The translations under genes and the position numbers were made by a program. From a bacterium (GTDB lineage Bacteria > Bacillota > Limnochordia > DTU080 > RSA5): a DNA stretch of 58,674 bases. Within the stretch, counting starts at the first letter, position 1. The number at the start of each line of letters is the position of its first letter. The DNA lies in NCBI GenBank assembly GCA_002919195.1, contig PKEU01000206.1, forward strand, positions 1-58,674, read 5' to 3'. This document shows, one piece after another, positions 7,528 through 16,901 of this stretch. The notes under the pieces were generated by a model. The model saw only the letters and a program-made list of their open reading frames with translations. It ran no database searches and was not told the origin of the DNA.

Positions 7528-9722
7528 TCGTGAATCCCTCCCCCGATGAGAACCCAGGACAGCGGCTCGACGGTGACTGTCCCGTCGGTCCACGGGACGC
7601 GGTCGCTATAGTTGACGATGACGCGGGAACCGTCCTCGTAGACCGTCTCAAAGACGTCTTCGGCCAGCTCGTTGTGGTCGACGATGGCGATGTCCTGCAG
7701 GTACCCCATCCGCACGCACTGCTCCTGGTACTCTCGGATGAGGGTATCCTTCCATATGTCAAACTCCGACGAGAAGAGGATGTTGTAACGGATGGCCTCT
7801 TTAAGCAAGGACGAGCTGCGCTTGGTCAACTCAAATACGGGCAAAGCGCCGTATTCGATGTTTTTCAAGTACCCACGAATCGGCTCCGACCGGAGGTTGC
7901 TGGGCCAACCGTAATACGGAACGACGCCGTGGACCGCGATCTGGTAAAAGGGAATGCTCCGGCTCGCGAACAAATGCGTCGTCTCCTCCATCGGCGAGCG
8001 CATCACCTTGTCGACCAGCGGCAGCATGTAGACGTTTCCGCCTTGAAGGATCACGCTGCCCATATGCTCCCGGGCGAGCTTGACGATCTCGGTCCACACC
8101 TGGGCCACTTGCTCCCGCTCGGCGCGGAAGTTAGCGTTGCGGTCCGAGATCAGTGTCCAGCCGAAACGTTCGAGATCCAAGCCCGAGACACCCAATTTCG
8201 CCAACTGGGGAATGTCTCTCTTGGCAAACCGCTCGTAAGCCACCAAGGGGCTAAGGAGGTAACGGTCACTGCGGTAACCCGGGCTCCACCCCCGGATCGG
8301 CAGCCGTGACGGATCGCGCACGACCTCAGTCCGGCGGGAGAAGCCTCCGTTGTCTGCGTAGGCGTCGATGTAGTTGTCCTGGAGATAGACGCGGATGCCG
8401 CGCTCACGCGCCCACTCCGCAAACTCCCGCAGCCCGCGCTCTCCGCCGAAGGCCTTCTCCACGGGTAGGCGCCGTGGATACCGCCCCGCGTATCCTCCTT
8501 TGGTCCACCCCACCAGCGTGACGTCCAGTTCGGTCACGCCGGCTTCGAGCAACTCCTCGATCATCTCCCGGGCTTCGTCAAAGGTGGTCATGACTACAAG
8601 GGAATTGAAGACCAGGCGCTCCTCGGCCACGCCGTGGAAGATCCGCAGGTGCAGCGGAGCAACGCCATCTTCCCCTGTGATCCGCCCCGGCGAAAGCCCC
8701 AGCTCTTCGACGAGATGCTCCCGGTATTTGAGAGCCATCCCCGCGTAACTGGCTTGCGACTCGGGCAGGATGTAGTAGCGGACCGCCCGGTCGGTGCGGA
8801 TCCGTGAGCTCTCGACCGTAGGTACGGTGGTGTCCCGCCGCAAGGGCGCGAGGAACTCGCGGCGGAAGATGAACTTCGCGTTGGTGCGGTAATAGTCGAC
8901 GATGTACCCCGAAGGCGCCGCGACCACCTTGGCGTCAAACTCCCCTTCGGTAATCACGCCCAGAAAGGCCCCGTCGGGGAATTTCAGGCCAAAGATGGGC
9001 ATCGCCACCTGCCGGTTGACCGGTTGCATCGGCAAGTACTCGACGAAAGGATAATCCTCAGGGCCGTACACATACTCCTCAAATTGCCGGGCGTAGCGGC
9101 CGTGGGTCTTGTTAAACGGCGCGATGGCGCCCGAGCTGTCCGGAAACACCATGTACCCTTCGTCATCGTCGGTGGCGGCGCCAAAAAAGGGCAAGAGGTC
9201 CAAGTAGACGAGGCTAAACTCCTTGGTCTCTTGGATTCCCGAATCGGGTATCCTCACTTCAAAGTAATCGTCGCCCAACACGTAATCGGTAGTGATGACA
9301 AACCCCCGGTTAGGCATGGTATAGATGATCCGGACACCATTTTCGATGGGCTCGTAGGTCACCCGGGCGCCTTCGGTGATGGGGTCCGTCTCCCGGATCT
9401 GTCGCCGCTTATCGTCGGTGTACCCAAAGAACAGCTGCGAACGGGCATGGGTCTGCCAAAGGGCGCTCGCGATGTTGCGCAGCTCCGGCGGGTTGGTGTA
9501 CCACAGTTTCCCGTTACGCCGGTCGAGGATGACAAATTGCGTCGTCTCTGGATTGAGGTACATCTCCAGGACGTCATTTTCCGCAACCAGCTGGTACCCT
9601 TCGGGCACCTGGGTCGAAGCGGCTGAGGCGGTCCCCACCCATGTTATCAAAAGCCCTGCCAAAAGCAGCGCTCCCAAGAGCGCTCGGCTGTCTCTCCTGC
9701 TCATTGCTCGGATGCTCCCCAT
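7524..9722 (-). CDS. DUF5696-like secreted protein (putative glycoside-hydrolase-like fold)
   Basis: Signal peptide; LLPFFGAA, GYMVFPDSSGAI, MPIFG, MTTFDEA, GWTKGG, IPFYQIAVHG, TVYEDGSRVIVNY motifs typical of the family; cassette position. Confidence 0.78.
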   Translation of the reverse strand: MGSIRAMSRRDSRALLGALLLAGLLITWVGTASAASTQVPEGYQLVAENDVLEMYLNPETTQFVILDRRNGKLWYTNPPELRNIASALWQTHARSQLFFGYTDDKRRQIRETDPITEGARVTYEPIENGVRIIYTMPNRGFVITTDYVLGDDYFEVRIPDSGIQETKEFSLVYLDLLPFFGAATDDDEGYMVFPDSSGAIAPFNKTHGRYARQFEEYVYGPEDYPFVEYLPMQPVNRQVAMPIFGLKFPDGAFLGVITEGEFDAKVVAAPSGYIVDYYRTNAKFIFRREFLAPLRRDTTVPTVESSRIRTDRAVRYYILPESQASYAGMALKYREHLVEELGLSPGRITGEDGVAPLHLRIFHGVAEERLVFNSLVVMTTFDEAREMIEELLEAGVTELDVTLVGWTKGGYAGRYPRRLPVEKAFGGERGLREFAEWARERGIRVYLQDNYIDAYADNGGFSRRTEVVRDPSRLPIRGWSPGYRSDRYLLSPLVAYERFAKRDIPQLAKLGVSGLDLERFGWTLISDRNANFRAEREQVAQVWTEIVKLAREHMGSVILQGGNVYMLPLVDKVMRSPMEETTHLFASRSIPFYQIAVHGVVPYYGWPSNLRSEPIRGYLKNIEYGALPVFELTKRSSSLLKEAIRYNILFSSEFDIWKDTLIREYQEQCVRMGYLQDIAIVDHNELAEDVFETVYEDGSRVIVNYSDRVPWTDGTVTVEPLSWVLIGGGIHD

Positions 9723-9733
9723 CTCAGCCCATC

Positions 9734-11863
9734 CTATCCTCGGATTGTAATCTCGATCGCGATTTCCCGAACGAACGTGACGATTTGGTCGGTGAGCGTG
9801 TAGGTGAGCCCCACCGCCGCCACGATACAGACCATGCCAAACAGGGTCAGTCCCACCGTGCCCAGAGACTTCCGCAACGTGAAGTTATGCGTCACCTGGA
9901 TGTGGATGAAGAACAGGATCAGGATCCAAACCCAGGCGGCGAAGTCGATGGCCGTCAGGTAAGACTTCTCCGTCCGGGTCAGCACGTGGCTGAGCAAAAT
10001 GGTGATCGGTTTGGTCATCAGGTACGGGCCCAGCGAGTAGCCGGTGGCAATGACGATATCCCGGAAGAAGCCTTCCCCTTCGAAGATCGCTGTGACGCCG
10101 TAGCTGGCCACGCAAAAGAGCACCCAGGGCAGCAAGAGGCGTGCGACCTCCAAGAGAAAGCTTGCGTCGCGTGGGTCAATGTCCGCGATCTGGTAGCTGG
10201 TAAACAAGAGATCCGCGATACGCAGCCCGAATGTGAGCGCCACAAGGACCAGCGCGGTGACGACGGACCCCTTGTTCTCCCGCTTCAATTGCCAGAACCC
10301 GTCGAAGGGATGCATCATCACCGTCCAGACCATCTGAATCGCCCGCGCGACGGGGCCGCTCTCCTCGTCGGGCTTATTGAGGATCCTCGTCAAGATGCGC
10401 CCGATCATCGACACGACGAAGAACGCCAAGACGAACAGCAGAACGGTCAGGGCGAAGTGATCTCGGATCCACTCGTGGCGCAGTTTCGCGAAGACCTCGG
10501 AGTAACCGTCGCGATTTTGGCCGTACCGGTATTCCACCAGCGCCTCTTCCCAACGCCCGATCCGTTCAAAAGCCTTCGCAATACCGCTGTGCGCCAGGTT
10601 GTAGTTGGTGTTGTACTTGAGCGCCTCTCGCCATGGCCCTTCAGCCAAGGCGTAATGACCGTCCACGTACAACTCGCTCGCGGCGTGTACCAGCTGAGCG
10701 AAGTGCGTCGGCCTAAACACCTGGATGTTGTTGCGGTCTTTGTCGAGGATGTAGAGGTTGCCTTCCGGATCGGTCTCGATGCTGATGGGATAGCCAAATT
10801 TCCCGTTTTCCTCGCCCTTGCCGCCAAACATGGTCAGCAAGTTGCGGTCGTCGTCGTACTGGTAGATGATGCCGTTGGCCGCGTCAATCGCCGAGATAAT
10901 CCCCTGCTCGTTAACGGTCAGGTCGACGAAGTTGGGCCACACCGCCCGGTTGTTCCGCTCGATGATGTAGCCGTAGCGGTAGTCTCCGATCGCTTCTCGG
11001 TTCATGACGTCGGTGCCGACGCCGTTAAGCTTTTTGATCTGGTTGATTTGGTCGTAGGTCGTCGAGGTATAAATGTAACCCGAAGGCGCTAGAAAGATAT
11101 TGGAGTGAGGCGGCGGCAGCTCTTTGCTGAGCTTCTCCCGCTGCGCCTCGGTGGCGAAGAGCCGGATGAGGACTCGCCGCAAGCTAAACCCGACTTTGTT
11201 GGGAGCGAAAAACCCGCGAAACTCGCCGTCCCGGTCCAACAAGATGAGGCCGCGGTAGTCGCTGCGGTTGACGACGTAAAGATACTTTCGTTGGTCCTCG
11301 ACCACCTTGGTGGGCCGGTAGTCGAAGTCTTCTCCCAACAAGACCGATGCGGGCTCGGGGAAGATCCTCTTCAAGGTGCCATCGGGATGGAGCTGCACGA
11401 TACGCTTGTTCATCGTATCGGCGATAAAGATCTCCCCGTCTTCGTTGACGAAAACGCCTTCGGGCGCGTTGAAGCGGCGGCCGCCGAGGCGGTTGACCAA
11501 ATCGTCGTCCCCGCCGACGATTTGACGGATCTCACGGACAAACTCCCCGTCCTTCGTCAATTGGATGATGCGGTGGTTGCCCGTGTCGGCTACCCAGAGG
11601 TAGCCCCCATCCTTTTGATAAAAGAGGTCCTGCGGCCCGTTGAGGCCGAGAAACTCATAAGACCGGTCGAACACATAGGGTTTGGGCGACGGTACCAGCC
11701 GGCTGCCGGTGTTGCCCCGGTCCGTTCGTTGGATGTGGAACCCAAACTCAGTTGCGGTCGCGCTCTCGACCGCCAGCGCGAGCGCAAGGGCGATCACGCC
11801 CACCGCGACAAGCGCTGACAGCCATCGCATCCGCTTGTCAGTCGAGATCCAGAAGGCGCACAT
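9734..11863 (-). CDS. NHL-repeat beta-propeller + TPR-like + Yip1-domain membrane protein
   Basis: NHL repeats (PQDLF..LWVADTGNHRII; PEGVF..IFIADTMNKRIV; GYPISI..LYILD), helical segment, C-terminal multi-TM region starting HPFDGFW; likely start ATG 11863. Confidence 0.85.
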   Translation of the reverse strand: MCAFWISTDKRMRWLSALVAVGVIALALALAVESATATEFGFHIQRTDRGNTGSRLVPSPKPYVFDRSYEFLGLNGPQDLFYQKDGGYLWVADTGNHRIIQLTKDGEFVREIRQIVGGDDDLVNRLGGRRFNAPEGVFVNEDGEIFIADTMNKRIVQLHPDGTLKRIFPEPASVLLGEDFDYRPTKVVEDQRKYLYVVNRSDYRGLILLDRDGEFRGFFAPNKVGFSLRRVLIRLFATEAQREKLSKELPPPHSNIFLAPSGYIYTSTTYDQINQIKKLNGVGTDVMNREAIGDYRYGYIIERNNRAVWPNFVDLTVNEQGIISAIDAANGIIYQYDDDRNLLTMFGGKGEENGKFGYPISIETDPEGNLYILDKDRNNIQVFRPTHFAQLVHAASELYVDGHYALAEGPWREALKYNTNYNLAHSGIAKAFERIGRWEEALVEYRYGQNRDGYSEVFAKLRHEWIRDHFALTVLLFVLAFFVVSMIGRILTRILNKPDEESGPVARAIQMVWTVMMHPFDGFWQLKRENKGSVVTALVLVALTFGLRIADLLFTSYQIADIDPRDASFLLEVARLLLPWVLFCVASYGVTAIFEGEGFFRDIVIATGYSLGPYLMTKPITILLSHVLTRTEKSYLTAIDFAAWVWILILFFIHIQVTHNFTLRKSLGTVGLTLFGMVCIVAAVGLTYTLTDQIVTFVREIAIEITIRG

Positions 11864-11875
11864 CGCTTTCACCAC

Positions 11876-12760
11876 CTACTTGATTCCCGCGTGGGCCATC
11901 GTGCTGATGATTCTCCGCTGCGAAATGATAAAGAGGATGATCAAGGGCGCGGACTCCAAAAAGGTGGCTGCTGCCGCCGCCCCTTGACGAGCTACGACCA
12001 ATTCGCCGGAGAACATCGTCTGCATCGCCAGAGGCAACGTCTTCATCGCCTCCGTCGTGGTAAAGACCATGGGGGACCAGGTGTCCCGCCACACCGTCTG
12101 AGAGTGCCAGATGATCAAGGTCGCCCATGCGGGTCTCGTAAGAGGGATCACGACGTTTCGAAAGATCTGCCACTCATTGGCTCCGTCCATCCTGGCCGCT
12201 TCAAGCAAGGCATCGGGGTACTGCTCCAAGAACTGCTTCATAAAAAAGACGCCGAAGGATCCGCCTAGACCTGGGACGATCAATGCTGTGTAGGTATCGA
12301 TCAAACCAAGGCCGGCCACGGTCAGGTATCTGGGGATCACCGTCACCTGGGGAGCAAACATCAAGGCCGCCAGGCACGCGTTAAAGATCGCTGCCGCAAA
12401 AGGCATCTTTCGCATCTTGGCCAGCGGGTAAGCGGCCATGCAGCAGATGATCACGTACAGCACCACGCTGACCGACGTGACAAACAAGCTGTTAAAGACG
12501 TAGCGGGTAAACGGCACCCAGGTGCGTGACGCAGCCAGCACGAGGTCGGTATAGTTTTCGAGCGTCGGCCGCATCACGTAAAACCGAGGGGGCCACAAAA
12601 AGAGCTCTTCGATGGGTTTGATGGACTGGATCACCATCAGGTACAGGGGAAGCGCCATCAACGCTCCTGTCACGGTTAGAAAGATGTAGATGCCGATCGG
12701 TTCTTTTTCAACCTTGTTTCTCCGGCGTAGGCTAGGCACGAGCGTTGCCATAGCCATCAC
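11876..12760 (-). CDS. Carbohydrate ABC transporter permease (MalG-like), first pair
   Basis: AAYPLAK, LLEAARMDGA, KTLPLA, TMAHAGIK C-terminus. Confidence 0.93.
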   Translation of the reverse strand: MMAMATLVPSLRRRNKVEKEPIGIYIFLTVTGALMALPLYLMVIQSIKPIEELFLWPPRFYVMRPTLENYTDLVLAASRTWVPFTRYVFNSLFVTSVSVVLYVIICCMAAYPLAKMRKMPFAAAIFNACLAALMFAPQVTVIPRYLTVAGLGLIDTYTALIVPGLGGSFGVFFMKQFLEQYPDALLEAARMDGANEWQIFRNVVIPLTRPAWATLIIWHSQTVWRDTWSPMVFTTTEAMKTLPLAMQTMFSGELVVARQGAAAAATFLESAPLIILFIISQRRIISTMAHAGIK

Positions 12761-12788
12761 CCTCCCCCGCGAAAATGTTGGCAGGAGC

Positions 12789-13793
12789 TTACCACTCGCC
12801 CCTGGTCGACAGCATTCTCCGGAACATGGAGCTGAGCAAGAACATCATCAGGAACATGACTACGGAGACTGCGGAGGCATAGCCCATTTCAAACCGCAAG
12901 AACGCGTAGTCATAGAGGTGTGCCATGATCGAGTGAGCTGCGTATTGGGGGCTTGGGAAACCGACTAGACCCACCGAAATGTCAAACATCGAAAAGGCGC
13001 CCACTACGGCCATGACAGCTCCAAACACCAGTTGCGGCCGGACAAGGGGCAACGTAATAAACCAAAGCTCCTGCAACCGATTGCGGACCCCGTCCACCTT
13101 GCCCGCTTCGTAGAGCGATTCGTCAATTTGCTGCAGGCCGGCCAGGAATGAAAGGAAGCCCGGCCCCATGCTCATCCACAGCTGTACGGCAATGACGACG
13201 CCCAGCATCGTGTCGATGTCCGCGAGCCACGGAAACGGCTCATCGAGGATGCCCCAGCGGATGAGCAAATTGTTGAGGTAACCGTAACGGTCGTTCGCGA
13301 AAAAGATCCGCATGATCTGCGCCATGCCGATGCCGCTCAACGACGGCGCGTAAAAGGCTACGACGTAGAGGAGTCTCACCTTAACCTGGTTGATCAGCCA
13401 GGCCATGATAAACGAGAGCAGAAACCCTACCGGCCCTGTGAGGATCGCGAAGACGACCGTGACGTGCAAGGATTTGAGGAAGATGTCGTCTTCGAGGAAG
13501 AGGAGCCGGTAGTTGGTCAAACCGATCCAGTTGGGCGGCTGGAGGACGTTGAAGTACGTAAAGCTGAGGTAGATCGCCGTCAGCACCGGTCCTACGGTGA
13601 AGACGATGAACAAGACCATGAATGGCGCAAGAAAGAGGTAACCAGCTTTGTGCTTCTTAACCTGCTTCCACGTCTCCGCCATCCTCTGTTTGATCGTGGG
13701 GGTTTGGAACCCCACTCTTTGTTGGATCGGTGGATTTGCCTGCGCCACGCTTTCACTCTCCTCCCCGCCGCGTCGAGCCTGGTCCACCAGCAT
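12789..13793 (-). CDS. Carbohydrate ABC transporter permease (MalF-like), first pair
   Basis: GYLFLAPF, LYEAGKVDG, RFEMGYASAVS. Confidence 0.93.
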   Translation of the reverse strand: MLVDQARRGGEESESVAQANPPIQQRVGFQTPTIKQRMAETWKQVKKHKAGYLFLAPFMVLFIVFTVGPVLTAIYLSFTYFNVLQPPNWIGLTNYRLLFLEDDIFLKSLHVTVVFAILTGPVGFLLSFIMAWLINQVKVRLLYVVAFYAPSLSGIGMAQIMRIFFANDRYGYLNNLLIRWGILDEPFPWLADIDTMLGVVIAVQLWMSMGPGFLSFLAGLQQIDESLYEAGKVDGVRNRLQELWFITLPLVRPQLVFGAVMAVVGAFSMFDISVGLVGFPSPQYAAHSIMAHLYDYAFLRFEMGYASAVSVVMFLMMFLLSSMFRRMLSTRGEW

Positions 13794-13822
13794 CGGGGTT
13801 CTGCGGCGGAATGCTGGATCTG

Positions 13823-16800
13823 TTAGGGAATCGTCGTCAATCGATGGCGTCCACGGTAGAGGTCGCGCTTGAGCTCTTCGGGGACCTCAATACCAAACTC
13901 TTCCTGCTTGCGGATCAACTCGCGGTTGATATCCTCGACCGCCTTCTCCAGCGCTTCACGCGGGTTCCTGCCTTCGAGGACCACCGCGTTCCAGGCGTTG
14001 GTGAGGTGCCGCGGCGTGAAGTAGTCGCCAAGGACGACGGGTTTCTCTCTAAACCACTCCCACTGCTTCTGGATGGCCTCGATGTCTTGCTTTGGCCACG
14101 GGAGGTTGTTAAAGGCATGGATATTGGCGGTGTTCCACTTTGCTTCAACGCCGAGCAGCGCTTCCAGCTCTTCGGCGTACCGGGTCTGCACTTCGGTGCT
14201 GGTCCACCACTTCGCGAGCTTCCAAGCGTCCTCGGGACGCTTCGAATCGCTGAAGATCACCGTAGCCGTCGAGGTGCCACCCGCCGACCGATCGATCGTG
14301 CCATCGGGACGGCGCACTCCCGGCAAGGGGACCATCTTCCACCAACCGGTGAGTTCCGGCGCCGCAGTCGACAGGAGCACGTAGTTGTAGTAGTCCGCCA
14401 CGCCGATGGGAATCTCACCGGTTCTCATCCGGTTATAGAAGTTGGCTTCCAGTTCTAGCTTGAAGTTGGCGTACAGGTCCGTCCAAAGCCGGAAGGCCTG
14501 CAGCGCTTGGGGCGTATCGAGCGCCGATCGAAGCCCGTCTTCGGTGTAGAAGTCACCGCCGTATTGATAGAGGAACGGCGCGAAGCTTTGCGAGCTCACT
14601 GTCTGGGTCGGGCTCGGATAGTAGAAGTTCATGCCCCGCTGCTGCAAGCTCGGCAGGATCTCCAGCACTTCCTGCCACGTCTGGGGCTCCATGATCCCCG
14701 TCTCTTTCGCGATCTGCTCCATGATGTCGATCCGGTAAAACATCATGTTGAAGGACTGGGTCTCGGGCAGCGCGTACACCCCGCCCCGGTAGGTATAGGG
14801 CGTCAGCATACCAGGACGGAAGCGGTCCAGGACCTCTTCGAAGTCTTCAAACTGGGTGAGGTCCACGACGCCACCTCGGATCGCAAACTCGACCGGAAGC
14901 TGCTGGTCGGCCCCGATCACCAGGTCGGGAGCGTTGCCCGAAGCGGCGGCCAAGAGGATGACCGAAGCCGATTGAGCGTGGACCGCGCTCCTCGGGATCA
15001 CGTTGACGTTGACCTTAATGCCGGTGGCGGGCGTAAAGTCCTCTTCGATCATCTCTTTGACGATCATCGCCCACTCCCGGCCCCAGGCCACCCACACTTC
15101 GAGGGCTTCGTCCTCCTCGTAGATGTTGCCGACGCCTGCATAGTCCTTGTGGAAGGACTCGATGAAGCCTTCGACCTCATACCAGAAGCGCTCGAAGAAG
15201 TTGGCTTTCACCCTGGGCCAGGGGGTGTCGGGCGCCGCGACCATAAAGTAGTCCAGCGCAAGGGGACCGTACCGGAGTTCGAGGATGTAGTAAGAAAGGC
15301 GGCTTTGCATCTCCGCGAACTCGTCGATACGGGTGTGGATGCGATAGGGGTCGCGGATCATGGTCTGGATTTGGTCGGCTGTCAAACGCATCAGTTCCGC
15401 CAAATCCACCCGGGTGCCGGCGTAGGCCCGCAGCTCTTCCGCGTGGTTGCGCAGCCGGTCCCGGATCTCCGCCAGTTTGGGCAAAAGCTCAGGGATCTGC
15501 TTATGGACCTCGTACTCCATGTACGGGTCGGGGTTAGGCCCAGTCAAATACGTGATCGCGCGCCCGATGGAGGCCAGCTCTTTGGTGGTCAACTCCAAGA
15601 GGCGGATGGTCTCGGCGGCCTTACCCACCTTGACGCGCATCGAAATGGTGTGCTCCCCTTCATCGAAGTAAAAGAGGAAGGGATTGCCCTCATCGTCGCT
15701 CAGCGTTTCCATCCGCCAGTAGCGGTCGTACTTAAACTCGTACTCTTCAAGCTCCCGGAAGGGAATCTCACCGTCGATGCGGATCTCCCGGACCGACGGC
15801 CACCGTTGGAAGCCTTGCCACGCTTTGATGCCGATCTTGTAAAGGCCGGCCTTGGGAACGGTAAAGGTCCACTCGGCCCACTGGCCGCCTTTGCGCCAGC
15901 GCCACGAGCCAAACTCATTAAGGCGCCAAAAGCCCCCGGAAGGCGGATCCATCAGCGGGTCGGTGCCAAACTCGGCCCGAACGGTCGGATCCGACTTCTT
16001 GAGAGGCGTCTCCGCCTGGAATTTGATGACTACGTCCTTGACTTCCTGATACCCTTTTGCCCGGTATTCTGCCAGCACTTCGGCATAGGTCGGACGGACG
16101 ATCGGCGATGCGATCACCAGCGCCTTCACGGCCATCGGCTCCCGGATCGCCCTGACTTCGATCCGGTTGACACCCTTTTCGAGCGGCCACAAAAACGGAT
16201 CCCTGTACATGGTGTCTGCTTCTTCAAACCATTTGAACTGCCACTCGGGCGTCTCGATCTGGAGCGGCCGGATGTCGTTGCCCTGGTTATCCTGCTTGGG
16301 CAGATGGGCATCGCGCCAGACCCGCTCAAACTGAAGCCGGCGCGCTTCGTTAAACGGATAGACGCCGTTGATCTTCACGTCACGCATGGCGGAGGCGCGC
16401 TTACCCGGCATGGGATAGTACTCAAAGCCGAGCCAGTACAAACCCCGCTCAGGAACCTCCACTTCCCAGACGACGATGGCCTCTTCCTCTTCCCAAAGCA
16501 AGATGCGGCCAGACTCGCCCGCGTACTCATCGACGACGACCGGCTCCATCTCGCCGTGATACTCCGCGAAGTCGCCTCCCGCCACCTCAATGCGCACACC
16601 GGGAACACGTTGCCACCCTTCGGCTTCCCACCGGGGCACGGTATCCGCGTAAAGAGGCTCAAGGCGATCGCTGAGGTCAAACAGCGTGAGAAAATCGATG
16701 CGAGGCCGGCCGGCAGCGGCCGCGTCGTCCGCCGTACCGGTGGTGACCGCGGCATCCGGCTCGGTCTCGGAGCTTTGAGAGGCCGCCAGCGCGGTCCACA

Positions 16801-16867
16801 CGAGCAAGATCGCCGCCACGATCACGACAATCCGCATCGCGGGATGGGAAGTAAGAGGCTTCTTCAC
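13823..16867 (-). CDS. Very large extracellular solute-binding protein with two N-terminal CBM-like beta-sandwich repeats
   Basis: Signal peptide without lipobox; repeats VWEVEVPERGLYWLGFEY and EWTFTVPKAGLYKIGIK; C-terminal SBP (GNAPDLV, YALPETQSF, AWKLAKWWTS); GTG 16867 after GGAGGG. Confidence 0.9.
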   Translation of the reverse strand: MKKPLTSHPAMRIVVIVAAILLVWTALAASQSSETEPDAAVTTGTADDAAAAGRPRIDFLTLFDLSDRLEPLYADTVPRWEAEGWQRVPGVRIEVAGGDFAEYHGEMEPVVVDEYAGESGRILLWEEEEAIVVWEVEVPERGLYWLGFEYYPMPGKRASAMRDVKINGVYPFNEARRLQFERVWRDAHLPKQDNQGNDIRPLQIETPEWQFKWFEEADTMYRDPFLWPLEKGVNRIEVRAIREPMAVKALVIASPIVRPTYAEVLAEYRAKGYQEVKDVVIKFQAETPLKKSDPTVRAEFGTDPLMDPPSGGFWRLNEFGSWRWRKGGQWAEWTFTVPKAGLYKIGIKAWQGFQRWPSVREIRIDGEIPFRELEEYEFKYDRYWRMETLSDDEGNPFLFYFDEGEHTISMRVKVGKAAETIRLLELTTKELASIGRAITYLTGPNPDPYMEYEVHKQIPELLPKLAEIRDRLRNHAEELRAYAGTRVDLAELMRLTADQIQTMIRDPYRIHTRIDEFAEMQSRLSYYILELRYGPLALDYFMVAAPDTPWPRVKANFFERFWYEVEGFIESFHKDYAGVGNIYEEDEALEVWVAWGREWAMIVKEMIEEDFTPATGIKVNVNVIPRSAVHAQSASVILLAAASGNAPDLVIGADQQLPVEFAIRGGVVDLTQFEDFEEVLDRFRPGMLTPYTYRGGVYALPETQSFNMMFYRIDIMEQIAKETGIMEPQTWQEVLEILPSLQQRGMNFYYPSPTQTVSSQSFAPFLYQYGGDFYTEDGLRSALDTPQALQAFRLWTDLYANFKLELEANFYNRMRTGEIPIGVADYYNYVLLSTAAPELTGWWKMVPLPGVRRPDGTIDRSAGGTSTATVIFSDSKRPEDAWKLAKWWTSTEVQTRYAEELEALLGVEAKWNTANIHAFNNLPWPKQDIEAIQKQWEWFREKPVVLGDYFTPRHLTNAWNAVVLEGRNPREALEKAVEDINRELIRKQEEFGIEVPEELKRDLYRGRHRLTTIP

Positions 16868-16901
16868 GCTCGTCCCTCCGTCCAACGGTTCTTGGTGCGG
16901 G

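Noticed and set aside
11863-11878. In-frame TAG-GTG junction suggesting read-through fusion of permease and NHL protein
   Set aside because: The AGGTGGTG RBS before ATG 11863 and a signal peptide explain independent initiation; no recoding signal seen
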